DNA from: Octopus vulgaris
Lineage: Eukaryota
NCBI GenBank assembly: GCA_951406725.2
Contig: OX597827.1
Coordinates: forward strand, 20,398,001-20,462,000
DNA: 64,000 nucleotides
Reading direction: 5' to 3'
The number at the start of each line of letters is the position of its first letter. Position 1 is the first letter of the stretch. A program made the position numbers and the translations under genes. This document shows, in pieces, positions 26,374 to 40,140 of the stretch. The notes beneath the pieces are model-generated. The model saw only the letters and a program-made list of their open reading frames with translations. It did not search any database and was not told the DNA's origin.

Positions 26374-26766
26374 ACACAAAGGATATCGCGGTACACGTGT
26401 TTCAAGCTTTATAAACAATCCGTTATTACATCAGTGTATTATTGATATAAAAGATGGTTTAAAGCTCTCTTCAGCCGCAAACATTGTTATTCCAAATATT
26501 ACATTACAATATAAAAGATCTAAAAAGTACATGTAGTATTACCCATTATAATAGGTTTATCATATCTCCTTGAAAAAGTGTATTTGTAAAATTTCCTAAC
26601 TGTATAAATGTATAAGGATTCGAAATCCAATGAATCTATATACATTTATACAGTTAAAAAATTTTACAAAGAGAGCTTTAAACCATCTTTTATATCAATA
26701 ATACACTGATGTAATAACGGATTGTTTATAAACCTTGAAACACGTGTACTGCGATATCCTTTGTGT
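26374..26766. repeat. Fold-back with ~98-bp arms and an inner ~38-bp-arm hairpin
   Basis: 26374-26471 vs 26669-26766 reverse complement (about 2 mismatches); inner hairpin 26583-26670; hammerhead-like CTGATGT..GAAACACGTGTA at 26706-26748. Confidence 0.85.
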
Positions 26767-26894
26767 TCTGTTTTTAATTAATATTTGATATATTCCGTCT
26801 CACCTCTGCTACTATCTGGCATATACAGGGGCTTACACTTATTAAGTATTCACTCTAAATTGAAAGTACCTAATATATATATATATATATATAG

Positions 26895-27100
26895 TTAATC
26901 CAAACATGAAAACACAAAGAGAAAACACAACAACGCGAGGACGTGGAACAAGTATAGTGTTGTTGGACGCTCAGGAAAGGAAAGAAAGAAGGAGAATTTA
27001 AAATTTCGAGCGGATCTCTTCGTCAGAAACATAGAAAAAGGAAAGATCCAAGGAAGGGAAGACGGAGGAAAAAAATCGCCAACGATACACACGCGGTGTA
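26895..27100 (-). repeat. Penelope-like pLTR fragment with a degenerate hammerhead motif
   Basis: Minus strand GTTT-CTGACGA-aGAGatccgCTC-GAAA-ttttaaa at ~26997-27030; partial tandem copy at 27167-27258. Confidence 0.5.
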
Positions 27101-27102
27101 TA

Positions 27103-27154
<52 letters not shown>

Positions 27155-27256
27155 TATATATATAAGGTTAATCCAAACAGGAAAACAGAAAAAACAACAC
27201 GTGGAACAATTAAAGTATTATTATTAGGCGCTCAGGAAAGAGGGAAGAAGGAGGAG

Positions 27257-27303
<47 letters not shown>

Positions 27304-27353
27304 ATACATATGTGTGTGTGTATACATATATGTGTATGTATATGTATTATATA

Positions 27354-27402
<49 letters not shown>

Positions 27403-27536
27403 ATATATGTGTATATATATATGTATATATATGCATGTATATATGTATATATATGTATGCATATATATGTATGTATATCTGTATATGTATATATATATAT
27501 GCATATATATATGTTTGTGTATATATATATATATAT

Positions 27537-27594
<58 letters not shown>

Positions 27595-27666
27595 GTATGT
27601 ATATATGTATATATATATATATATATATAATTAATCTGAGCCATATAGTGACCACTCTCTTATATT

Positions 27667-27705
<39 letters not shown>

Positions 27706-27822
27706 AATGTAATATATACACTTATTCTCTATTTACATTATTTATAATTATTTACAATTATTCCTCTATTTACATAATATCGAGGTCTCTTTCATTCTTT
27801 AGTTGTCTTACCATTTTTATCA

Positions 27823-27862
<40 letters not shown>

Positions 27863-28294
27863 ATATATATGTATGTATATTTCCTGAGCGCCATACTAAT
27901 ACAATTGTTCGTTTGTTTTCCACCTGCCTTCGTCTTTTGTTTATTATATATATATATAATTATATTCTTTTATTGTTTTACTAATTTCAGTAATCTGACT
28001 GCGGCCATGCTGGAGCACCGCATTTAGTCGAACAACTCGACTCGACCGCAGAACTTATTCTTTGTAAGCCTAGTATTTATTCTATCGGTGTTTTTTTTTT
28101 ACCGAAACGCTAAGTTACGGGGACGTAAACACATTGACATCTGTTGTCAGGCGTGGGTGGGGAGAATATTTGTCCTCCATCCTTCATCAGTTGTCTTGGG
28201 CAAATTTCGAACCTCGGTTCTCATTCCTAAGGTATTTTTCGATACTGTTGTTGTTGTTGTTGTTGCTGCTGTTGTTATTATTATTATTCAAGTC

Positions 28295-28325
<31 letters not shown>

Positions 28326-28339
28326 TGTATGTATGTATG

Positions 28340-28411
<72 letters not shown>

Positions 28412-28443
28412 CATATATAATATATATGTATACATACACACAC

Positions 28444-28564
28444 ACACGGACGGGACATTCGAAGCCTTCAATCTTCAGTCAAGAACCGGATCATCCTCGC
28501 AATTTCGGCGAGGATGATCCGGTTCTTGACTGAAGATTGAAGGCTTCGAATGTCCCGTCCGTGT
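28444..28564. repeat. Perfect 57-bp-arm hairpin with a 7-nt loop
   Basis: 28444-28500 is the exact reverse complement of 28508-28564; the same sequence occurs unpaired at ~14868-14932. Confidence 0.95.
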
Positions 28565-28983
28565 TTTTTGTATCGTCTTCTAAATGTTTTGCGTTCTTGT
28601 CCCAGTTTGTGTTTTTTTTACATATACATATATATATATGGCGGCGCCCGTACCCTTTTGGTCTTATATATATATATATATATATATATATTAATTAATA
28701 AGGGTGAGAGAATTAGATACTAATTTATAGTATATCTATTCAACACCAAGTGGCCTAGTGCTCGAGAAACCGGATTATTATAAATTTTATAATATATTAT
28801 AATATTTTTGACAAAATAAATATAAGAGAGTGGTCACTAATGTCACCTCACGTGTTTTTTTATACGTTTCCCATGAAATGTTTTGCGATTCTTAGTCCCA
28901 GTTTGTGTTTTCTTTTACATATACATATATATATGTGGTTGTAACCTTTTTGGTCTTATATATATATATATACTATATATATA

Positions 28984-29026
<43 letters not shown>

Positions 29027-29346
29027 TGTATAAGGAAGCATGCATATACCTAAATCTGCAGATATCTCTACGTATCTCTGATGAACTTTTTTCCGTCTTC
29101 AATATTTTGAGCGCATGTATTTATAAGTGTGTGTGTGTGTGTGTATTGATACACACACACGCACTCACACACATATACATTTGTTTGAATATACATGTAT
29201 ATGCGTTTATGTATATAAAGGATGTAATACCTTACAGCGGATACATTATATTCTATCTTATCAAACACACGAATGTCTTCCTGTCTTAGGTAATGAAGTG
29301 AAACAATTCAACTGTTGTCAGGCGTGTGTGTATATATATATATATA

Positions 29347-29440
<94 letters not shown>

Positions 29441-29563
29441 TGTCTGTCTATCTATCTATCTATCTATCAATCTATCTATTATATATATATATATACATAC
29501 ATACATATATATATACATATATATATATATATGTATGTGTGTGTGTATGTGTGTGTCTGTAAG

Positions 29564-29611
<48 letters not shown>

Positions 29612-29687
29612 TATATATATGTATTTATATATGCATATGTATATGTGTATTTGTATATATATGTATATATATATGCATGTGTATATG

Positions 29688-29724
<37 letters not shown>

Positions 29725-29841
29725 ATAGGTATATACACATATATTTGCATATATATATATATATGTAAATATATATATATAATCAATAATAAATCTGACA
29801 GTTTATATATATGTGTGTGTGAGATGAGGGCTGTGTGTGTG

Positions 29842-29893
<52 letters not shown>

Positions 29894-30195
29894 TACATAC
29901 ATACACACACACACGCACACACTCCTCGTCTCCTCTCGTAAAACTGTCCCCTCGTGGTTCGTAGGCTTGCTAACTGCATTTGGTCTTTTCCAATGCCGGT
30001 TGCACAGGGAAAGAGTTACCCGGTACTCGTTGTGTGGTTGTTCTTGTTAAGAAGGGCATCTAGCCCTAGAAACCATACTAAAGCAGAAACTGGGGCACAA
30101 TGCCGTCCTATGGCCCACTGGATCCTGTCAAACACTCTAACCCCTGCCAACATGGAACATGGACTCTTAATGATGTGGATGATGCTGACATGTGT

Positions 30196-30501
30196 GGAGG
30201 CACATGGTCTAGTGGTTAGAGCAGTGGACTTGCGGTCGAGGGAACGCGGGTTCGAATCTCAGACCGGGTGATATGTGTGTGTGTGTGTGTTTATGAGCGA
30301 AACACCTAAGCTCCACGCTGCTTCAGCAGGAATTAATGGCGAACTTCTGCTGACTCTTTCGCTACAACTTTCTTTCACTCTTTCTTCCTGCATTTAGCGA
30401 CGCACCGTTCAGGTGGGGAACCTATACGCCAATGAACCCGGGAAACCGACCCTTATGAGCAAGGCATTGCTCGAGAAGGAGCAAACAACAACAACAACAA
30501 C
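30196..30501 (+). mobile_element. tRNA-derived SINE family 2 variant with (CAA)n tail
   Basis: A box TGGTCTAGTGG and B box GGTTCGAATCTC; similar to the 31679 copy. Confidence 0.75.
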
Positions 30502-31678
30502 CTATATGTGTAATATATATGGATATGTATGTGTGTGAAGGTGCATGGTTTCGTGGTTAAGGATGTTACACTCACAATCGCAAGATTGTGGTTTCGATTT
30601 TTGGACAAGGCGGTGCACTGTGTTCTTGAGCAAAACACTTTATTTATGTTTCCTCCAGTTCACCCAGATAGCAGAAACGAGTGAGATGGAGGAAGTGCCA
30701 TATATATATATATACGCCATAGAATCCAAGAAACTGGCCTTATTAGTCTATGGTTCGGGAAGGCCCTTTGATTCTTAGTGTGTTTGTGTTTATATATGAA
30801 TGCAACAAAATCTCTGTCAATTAGAAACTCCTAAACAAGTATTGCCATTGCCAGAATTCGAACCCTAATCAAGGACAATCATGCAATGCTCCAGCATGGC
30901 CGCAGTCAAATGACTGAAACAAGTAAAAGAATAAAAAAAGAATATGGCTTCATATATACCACAACAAAGAACTCTCAGAAGAAATAAATTTACCTCTCTA
31001 AGAAACTAGAATTTCAATGGAGGACAACTTAGAACCATGAGAACACAAGATACAAAAGGTTCACAGTCAACAAGCACATCAAATGTAATTATCCCATCTT
31101 CAGCTGCCTTATGGATATCATTGTGGTTTCGACATCAGGAAAGTATCAGTCAATCCGGCGGTGTTACCAGCATTAGAATCGTAAACGTTGCCTAGGAATT
31201 TATAGATCAGAAGCATGGGCCTGACACTAGTACAGTATGTCCATTACGTCTAATTTGCTGAGTGTTACAAACACAAATACAAGCATCAAATCTAAATGTA
31301 TAGATATGTGATATTAAAACCATATACTCCTTGTATGTTGAACCTGATAATCGGTAACCAAGTCACAGAAAATACTGTAAACATCGCAAAAGTGGAGTAA
31401 ACCTATAAATCTACATTTTATTATTTATATACTTATTTGACATGACTGTATGTAAAAATTTAAAATGTTAATATATGTAAATTGTTAATGTCATTTACAT
31501 GTGGTTGATGACAGAGAGCCTCGTGTAGTGGAGGTGGGTGGATACATAGAAGTGATTACTTCTTATTGTGAGTTAGTAGTGCAATGTTGTTGCAATGGTC
31601 CTTAAATCCTCTTCACGGAAGTTTGCGGTGATTGAGGAGGGACTGCGTCAATCGCAGGTGGACTATTACCATCATTAG

Positions 31679-32065
31679 TGGAGGCGCAATGGCCCAGTGG
31701 TTAGGGCAGCGGACTCGCGGTCATAGGATCGCGGTTTCGATTCCCAGACCGGGCGTTGTGAGTGTTTATTGAGCGAAAACACCTAAAGCTCCACGAGGCT
31801 CCGGCAGGGGATGGTGGTGATCCCTGCTGTACTCTTTCACCACAACTTTCTCTCACTCTTACTTCCTGTTTCTGTTGTACCTGTATTTCAAAGGGCCGGC
31901 CTTGTCACTCTCTGTGTCACGCTGAATATCCCCGAGAACTACGTTAAGGGTACACGTGTCTGTGGAGTGCTCAGCCACTTACACGTTAATTTCACGAGTA
32001 GGCTGTTCCGTTGATTCGGATCAACCGGAACCCTCGTCGTCGTAACCGACGGAGTGCTTCCATCC
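31679..32065 (+). mobile_element. Full-length tRNA-derived SINE family 2 with 14-bp TSD
   Basis: tRNA-like head (TGGCCCAGTGG..GTTTCGATTCCC); TSD ATTACCATCATTAG at 31665-31678 and 32066-32079. Confidence 0.9.
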
Positions 32066-32749
32066 ATTACCATCATTAGCAAGTTTTACAATTGTTGTTG
32101 AGAAGAAATTCTACTTATTGAAAAATGAGTGAACTTTCAGTGGTTTACCTTGCTGATGCTGTTTCAAGATAATGAGTTCCAAGATGTTGGCAATATTGCT
32201 AAAGAAACAGGGTCTGTTGATAAGTCACTGAACAAATTGACGCTATCAAGGAATTCTCTTATCACAGAATGGTCAATGGTTAGTCATCTTTATCAGCTAC
32301 TAACTCATCCTAACCTTATCTCTATTCTTATCAGCGAGAACTTCATCTGCAACAGTTTTCTTTTGCTAACATTTCGTATTCACTGTCACCTTCTCTCCGT
32401 GTTTTCTAATCAGGTTCTGACAATATCTTCTGTGACATCTCCTGCCCCCTTAAGTCTATAATAAAACCCACTTGCCTCAAATCCTTCGAAATCGTATTTT
32501 ACTTCCAATATTGAACATGCACCTTATTCTGCCCTTATTACTGACAACTTGTTTACAAACCGGTATGGAGGGAGAGTTGTTCAAAATTAGTGGCCCCTTC
32601 ATTATCTCACCAGTAGAGATATTCAGGACCCCTTGGTATTTGTGGCACTGCACGGATGATATGCGAGAAACCAGTCGTTAAAGATATGTTGAACCATGAT
32701 TTCTTAAAATGGGAAGCTGGTACTTGATGTCTTTGCAGACTGGCGCATC

Positions 32750-33165
32750 TCTTTATACTCTTTATTCTTTATACTTGTTTCAATCATTTGACTGCGGCTA
32801 TGCTGGAGCACCGCCTTTTAGCCGAGCAAATCGACCCCAGGACTTATTCTTTGTAAGCCTAGTACTTATTCTATCGGTCTCTTTTGCCGAACTGCTAAGT
32901 GACGGGGACGTAAACACACCACAATCGGTTGTCAAGTGATGTTGGGTGGGGGGGACAAACACAGACAGACAAACACACACATATATATATATATACATAT
33001 ATACGACGGGCTTCTTTCAGTTTCCATCTACCAAATCCACTCACAAGGCTTTGGTCGGCCCGAAGCTATAGTAGAAGACACTTGCCCAAGGTGCCACGCA
33101 GTGGGACTGAATCCGGAACCATGTGGCTGGTTAGCAAGCTACTTTCCACACAGCTACTCCTGCGC
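32750..33165 (-). mobile_element. Full-length tRNA-derived SINE family 1
   Basis: Reverse complement of 44415-44813 with internal TA/TG microsatellite and AAAAGAGT-type tail. Confidence 0.9.
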
Positions 33166-33531
33166 GTTGAAATGCTAAAGAGAATGTGTGTGTGTGTGTG
33201 TGTGTGTGTTTGAGTGCGCTTTGGGTTGCTAGTATTATTGTCTGTTCTACATAAAAGAAAATTTAGTCAAATAAAGACGTAAAGGTGTTTATTCGTTTCA
33301 CTGACCAAAAACGAAAAAGACTTGGACTCTGGCAAGAAGACTCCCTTCCTTGTCATAGAGGCAAACAACCAACCAATCAACTGACATACATATAAACACA
33401 CACACACACACTCCCTCTCTCTCTTTTTTCATCTCTCTCCCTCCCTCTTTTACTATCTTTCTCTCTCTCTCTCTGCAGTCGATCTCTGATTCTCTGTCAG
33501 TCTGACTTTCTTTCTTTATCTCTCTCTATGT

Positions 33532-33602
<71 letters not shown>

Positions 33603-34945
33603 CATTGCAGCTGGTACATCCTGTATATGGATTTCAGATTAAGGACCACATCGTTGTTTTATCTCTCACCTGTCTATAAGAGAATTATGTCTTATTTAAG
33701 GTAGCATTTAAAAGATAAAAATCTAGGACAGAGCAAACAGGGAGTGGCACGGATAGGTTTATCTCTTTTTCATTGGTTTCTGATGTTGTGGAATATCAAC
33801 GAAACAACCTCTGGATTCCGCTGGAATACCATTTTACTATATGTCCTACCACTGGGTACCACATCACAACATTAACCATTGCATACCACTAGACCACATC
33901 TCATTATCACTCATTACCTTTACGAAATCATAACGCCATCACATCACAGGATTACCACATTCTGCTTTTGACTCATTGAAACCATATCACATAGACTAGA
34001 ATCGAAAGTTCACAGTAAAACATACACTGGTCATATGTCACCGTAATACATTATGGAAATTAGCCCCATATCGTCATACAAAACTACCAGGGTACAGACC
34101 ATTCGTGACACACTGTAGAAGACTACATATCATTACACAGTAGTTTCACATGCAGTAAGGCATCATATGGCATAGTAACCATTCCTGGACTGCATCATAT
34201 TACATTAAATTTGTTTAAATGTTGCTGGATACCATACGTTACCTTAAAAATTGAACAGCACTGTTGCGACTTCGATTGACATATTGATTGCCAGTGGATA
34301 TACATGTGGAGAAATATGGCAAAAATTTCCACCAGAAAGTTTAGAACGTGGTGGCGCTCTACACTGAGGAAGTATTGGATCCAGAAATCATACGGTTAAT
34401 ATTATCATTCCTTTCTTTTTCTAACGAATTCTTTTTTCATATCGTATTTTTATATTTCAATATAATATCGTGAAATTTAATTTAATGAATGGCGATTAAA
34501 TTATTGGGGAAAATGGTCAACGTTTATTGAATGTTAGGATTCTTTTATTCTTTTACTGATATCACTCATTGATCGTGGCCACACTGGAGCATCTCCTTAA
34601 AGAGGATTTATTGAACATGTCGAGCCCATAATATATTTCAGTCAGGCATTTATATTATTGATTTCTATTTGTCAAATAGCTAAGTTACATAAAGGGGTGT
34701 AAGTCAACACACTGGTTTTACATTTCTGATCACTTCTGCTGCTCTGTGGAGATAGAATTATTGCCTAATATTTTATTTTTGATTTTGTATTTTTCTCAAA
34801 CTAGTTGCAAATCATAGAACACTTTCTCGGTCGAAATCCGGAACACACCTGTGCGCCTGCCTGATTGCTTACCTGAGCATATGTATTTGTTTATACGAAT
34901 ATCTATAGAGGTGAAACAAAGATATGTAGAACGGCAATGCTGGAA

Positions 34946-34981
<36 letters not shown>

Positions 34982-35464
34982 TCCTCTTTCTTTCCCTCTC
35001 TTCCCTTCACGCTCTTTCCCTCTTTCTCTTTCTGAGGCCATAAGATTTTATATGGCATTATATTTACTTGAAGCCGCTTCATCTTCCTTCATCTAACAAT
35101 GACGCAGCAACACCACCCCACCTCACCAACCACCTCTCACCCTTAAATCCAGTTCTAGCAATTTCTTCCTCATCCCATTCTATGATCATTCCTTAATGAA
35201 AGTAAACTGCTCCATATTATCATGACCACACTCACTGGGACTTCAAGTCATCTAGCAGGAACTTTACTTGTTCTACGCTACACTTGTTAATATATGCTAA
35301 ACCAAAGTAATCAAGGGGCCAATACTGTCCCCTTAGTTATTTCCTTTAATTTCCCTTACGCAAATAGAACAGCTCACTTAAAACCCTCAAATTGTTCAAA
35401 TGAGTTTCAATGTATGGAAACACGTAATCGAGAGTTCTATTCCAAAGAACAATCATTCTCGATT

Positions 35465-36333
35465 TACTCTTAACGTTTTTGACAAAATTTTGTATTTTAG
35501 AAGTTATTTCGTGTTGAAGTTGTCGTATTTCGGTAATTTTAACCAATCAATGACGTGTATTCAGCTGAAGAAAGCAACTGCTGTTTGCGAAAGTAATGGA
35601 AGAGCAACAACATCCGGGTCATCAGGTCATCTGTTTTGGACGCTGCATACATAAATGTACGTAAATACACAGACACGTGCATACGTATACACACATACAC
35701 ACTCACACATGCAACTTTTAGAACTTTTAGAAAACATAGCTTTAAGGAGGGAGACGATTGTGAAGTTGACCACAGTTGTTCATGCTGTACATCACACACA
35801 CACACACAGACACACACGCACACATTCATATGTAAAGCTGATAAAGCCCCGAATGGAAGCAAGGAAAAGGAGAGAGTTTAATAAATTAATATGCAGTGGT
35901 AGGGGGTTGGTAAGATTATATAAGCTCTCGTTCAGATCATCAACACACCATCACTCTCTCCATTCTCTCTCTACGATTTGCTGGAAATAACAGCCAAATC
36001 TCTCTCTATGTCACACACTAACGAGAGGATACATTGGATAAGATGGAAAAATACACATGCACAGACTCACGTATGGATTCCCTATAAAAGAACTTTCTGT
36101 TTTTCTCACCCACCTTTCTTATCTTTTATATTTTCCTCCCACCCCCCTCTCTCTCTCTCCCTCTTTCATGACCCGATGACCCGGAAGGTGTTGCTCTTCC
36201 ATTAATTTCGCAAGTAGCAGTAACTTTCTTCAGCTGAACACACGTCATTGATTGGTTAAAATTACCTAAATACGACAACTTTAACACGAAATAACCCCTA
36301 AAATACAAAGTTTTGTCAATAACGTTAAGAGTA
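35465..36333. mobile_element. Element bounded by ~165-bp imperfect inverted repeats
   Basis: 35465-35630 vs 36168-36333 reverse complement; no TSD seen. Confidence 0.7.
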
Positions 36334-37346
36334 GACCGTGTTCTACGGGACACATTCAACCAGTATCCCAAGTTTCAAACTGTTTAGTTTTTTTAAAAAA
36401 TTAATTAAAAAATCTGTGACTGACTTTGAAAAGATCCGGGATCCTTTCCCTGGTCATTCAATCTACAAGAAATAGCAACCAATTCTCCCTCAAATCACAC
36501 TGTACTGTCTTGAAAAAAGGGAAGGATATATTAGCTGATGTATTTCCTAGATACCCATAAAAAGAGAGGATAGTCCTGGCTGGAACGCTTTCGATCATCG
36601 GTCGATCAGGGTTAACATAAGGTTAAGCAATAGCAAACCAAAACAATTTTCTTCACATCGTCACCGCCGTCTCCAACATCATCAAGAACTGGAACAACAC
36701 CACCACATCACACACAGATTCTAAAACAATTACATTCAAAGATCACCTCAACACACTGTTCTAAATCTCCCCAAACTATTCAAATCATTATCTGAGAATT
36801 CTTTTAGAATTGTTCCCTTTTTAAACCAATGAATGAAGGCTCGTGTGTCAATGTTTCACGGCAACTCTTTTGGAAGAAGAAAAGAGAGAAGGAAGAAAGA
36901 GAGGCAGTGAGATATGGGGGGCGGGGTGGGGTTGAAGGAAAGAAAAAATAGATTGAAAGCTAAGATAGACTCTAGCGTATGTGTGCGTAGACAGACAGAC
37001 AGACAGACGCCTTCATCATTACCTCTCACTATTACCACTTTCCCCTCACACCCATATCATCATCGTCGTCATCATCATCATCATCATCATCATCATCACC
37101 GTCAGTAGCAGTAGTTGCAGCATCACTATGTTTTTCCCATCACAATACCACATGGCAATACACCACACCCAAGTTGTCGGTGGACAATTTGTTTTCTTTG
37201 TACTGATCGTAACCATATGTCCAGACAGCCAGCCGGCCGGCCGGACAGACAGACGAACATGTCACACAACTTAGATGTCCTCTGTAACAAAACATGGCTG
37301 AAAAACGTGTTTAATGAGGAAGGTGGTGTACATAGAGATGTTGCAA

Positions 37347-37630
37347 AGAGGAAAGGGATTTCTCGAAGGGTGTTGGTGGTGGTGGTCTGGCGGTCGGGGG
37401 TACGCGATTATTAGAGGAAAGGGATTTCTCGAAGGGTGTTGGTGGTGGTGGTGGTCTGGCGGTCGGGGGGTACGCGATTATTAGAGGAAAGGGATTTCTC
37501 GAAGGGTGTTGGTGGTGGTGGTGGTCTGGCGGTCGGGGGGGTACGCGATTATTAGAGGAAAGGGATTTCTCGAAGGGTGTTGGTGGTGGTGGTGGTCTGG
37601 CGGTCGGGGGTACGCGATTATTAGAGGAAA
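37347..37630. repeat. G-rich minisatellite, ~70 bp unit, 4 copies
   Basis: Unit AGAGGAAAGGGATTTCTCGAAGGGTGTT(GGT)4-5CTGGCGGTCG5-7TACGCGATTATT. Confidence 0.95.
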
Positions 37631-37815
37631 ACGAATTTGACTAGCGAGAATATTGTTTTGATAATAGATCCTACTCGATTGTGGTTGCTCTGGGCTAAAC
37701 AACAATGTGCTCAGGATGCGTTGGGTTGGATTGAGTGGTCAGTGTAAATAGTAGGGTCCTTGACGGTAGAGAGACCCTGGGTGACGAAAAGACGTCAGGG
37801 TGTATATAACTAGGT

Positions 37816-38055
37816 AAGAGAGTCCAGTTTGCTGGACATTGTTGTAGAGCTGAAAAAGAGGTAATTTCTACTCTTCTCCTCTGGAAGCCATCTACTCGCA
37901 ATACCAGAGGGCGCACACTCTCCTACCCTGATGTAATCTCCAGGGATACAGGCATCCAGCAACAGGACCTCCGTAATGCCATGATGGACCGTGAAGTCTG
38001 GCGTGGCATGGTAAATTCCATTGTCTCGACCACGGTCGAACAACGATGATGATGA
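37816..38055 (+). mobile_element. 5'-truncated RTE-clade LINE 3' end with 15-bp TSD
   Basis: RVQFAGHCCR..LLLWKP..RGRT..AMMDREVWR peptide, (GAT)n tail, TSD TGTATATAACTAGGT at 37801-37815 and 38056-38070. Confidence 0.85.
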
Positions 38056-38380
38056 TGTATATAACTAGGTCGCTTTCAAGGAGCAGTTGCAGTTGAAGCA
38101 ACGTTAGAAGATATAGGATGCGACATCAGGGGTGGTGGTGATATAAAAGATGTTGGAGGGGGGTGGCTGAGTGAATCCTTTGCTAGTTTTTGTATAGTAG
38201 TCGAAGCGCCGTCCTAGATGTGAGAGCAACAGAACTCTATTATTTGTTAAGGGCAAAATCAGATTTAAATTTGGTAAGGTCCTAAACTCTGTAAAGGGGT
38301 CCTTTGTCGAAGACCAGACGGTCTCATAAAACAGAAAACATTAACGTATTATTTTGTTATATAATTTTGAGGCTGTAAAC

Positions 38381-38693
38381 CAGTGATTCTCAACTGGGGT
38401 CCATAAAATCTCTTGGGGGTTCTTGTAAGACCTTTGGGGGTCCATACAAGCAAAATAGTAAATTGACGATGCACAGTAGTATTTTAAGGGTTCATGAAAC
38501 CCTACTACTTTGGATGTATCCCCCCACCCAAAAAAAAAGCTAGCTTTCTTTGTCTCATGTTTTACATGGCAATTTTGAAAGACGTTTCTATGAAACTAGT
38601 TTTTAAACATCAAATGGCTATGGGTGTTCACCAGAATAAAATAGTAATCAAAGCGGTCCCTAGATAGAAAAAAAAAATGTTTGAGAAACCCTG
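38381..38693 (+). mobile_element. hAT (Charlie-like) MITE
   Basis: TIRs CAGTGATTCTCAA and TTGAGAAACCCTG; TSD CTGTAAAC/CTCTAAAC. Confidence 0.85.
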
Positions 38694-39521
38694 CTCTAAA
38701 CTATTATTTAAAAACCTAAAATTGAATCTCATACTGGTATTTTTAGCAACTTTTCCTGTGCAGCTCTGTGGAGGAAGTGATTCGCATGTTGAAATGTCTG
38801 CGAGTATTTCTTTGCGACTCGAGTCTTTTGGTACTTCAGCTCACATGTCGGTAATAAGTACCCAATCTACTGGTGGAGATGGTTAATTACCATAAACTAA
38901 AGTGTTAACCAAGAGAGAGGATTAGATTTCTTTTACTCTCGTCCGTCAAACACAGAAACTGGAATGAATCACTAAAGATTCGGATGGATGGAATTGCCAT
39001 AAAATAGGGGATTATTTAATTGTAAGAATAATTCTTCTCGGGAAGGAGTGGGGTAGAAAGAAAAGGGGCAGAAAAAAAAAAGCGGAAGGAAGAAAAGAAT
39101 AAAATGTAATGAAAATGCCTATGAATGAATGTGAGAGTTTTCTGTCAGCTTTCGGCACAGAAGTTACTCTGCTGGATGTTGAAATGACCTACATTCTTCA
39201 GTTACACCATTACCCAGTTCTTGGGGGAATTACTTCCACATCACAACTTAACAGATTCTCAAATTATACCAAACACTCACAACTTCACATAAACAATTAT
39301 TTTCCTTGTTTCTTTATTTTTGCTTTCATCGCTATCATCGTTATTGTCAGTGTTAAGTACTGCTGTTGTTTAGCCCCCGGTCGGCGCTAATTGAGTACAC
39401 CAAACGTATTATAATGAAAGACATAGCATCCATGACCATCCCTTCATTTTTCAGATATTTTGTACCTCACACCACAGCCACTGTGTTCTTTTCTTCATTT
39501 GATGGTAGGATGTCATTTGAG

Positions 39522-40140
39522 ATGCGGCGAGCTGGCAGAATCGTTAGCATGCCGGGCAAAATGCTTCGCGAGATTTCGTCCGTCTATCACATTTTGAGTT
39601 CAAATTCCGCCGAGGTTGACTTTGCCTTTCATCCTTTTGGGGCCGATTAAACAAGTACCAGTTGAGCACTGGGGTCAATGTAATCGACTTGCCATCTCCC
39701 TCCAAATTTCCGGCTTTGTAGAATAGTTTGTACATCGGTCAAAATACTTCGCAGCATTTCATCCGTCTTTACGTTCTGAGTTCAAATTCCGCCGAGGTCC
39801 ACTTTGCCTTCCATCCCTTCGGGGTCGATAAAATAAGTTGCTGGAGTTGATGCAATCGACTTTCCTCTCCCTCGAAATTGCCGACCTTGTGCCAAAATTA
39901 GAAAGAATTATTGTTGTTGTTGTTAAGGCTGCGAGCTGGCAGAATCGTTAGCACGCTGGACGAAATGCTCAGAGCTGTTTTGCCCGTCTTTACGATCTGA
40001 GTTCAAATTCCGTCGAGGTCGACTCTGCCTTTCATCCTTTCGGGGTCGATAAATTAAGTACCAGTCACGTACTGGGGTCGATATAATCAACTCATCCTCT
40101 TCTCCCAAAATTGCTGCCCTTGGGGCAAAATTTGAAACCA
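39522..40140 (+). mobile_element. Three head-to-tail copies of SINE family 3 (Meta-domain-like)
   Basis: Repeated GAGTTCAAATTCCGCCGAGGTCGACTTTGCCTTTCATCCTTTCGGGGTCGATAAA..AGTACC in copies starting ~39522, ~39740 and ~39926. Confidence 0.8.

Noticed and set aside
31680-31752. tRNA gene
   Set aside because: The tRNA-like head continues into a SINE body bounded by a 14-bp TSD; the same logic applies at 30196, 44415 and 59796.
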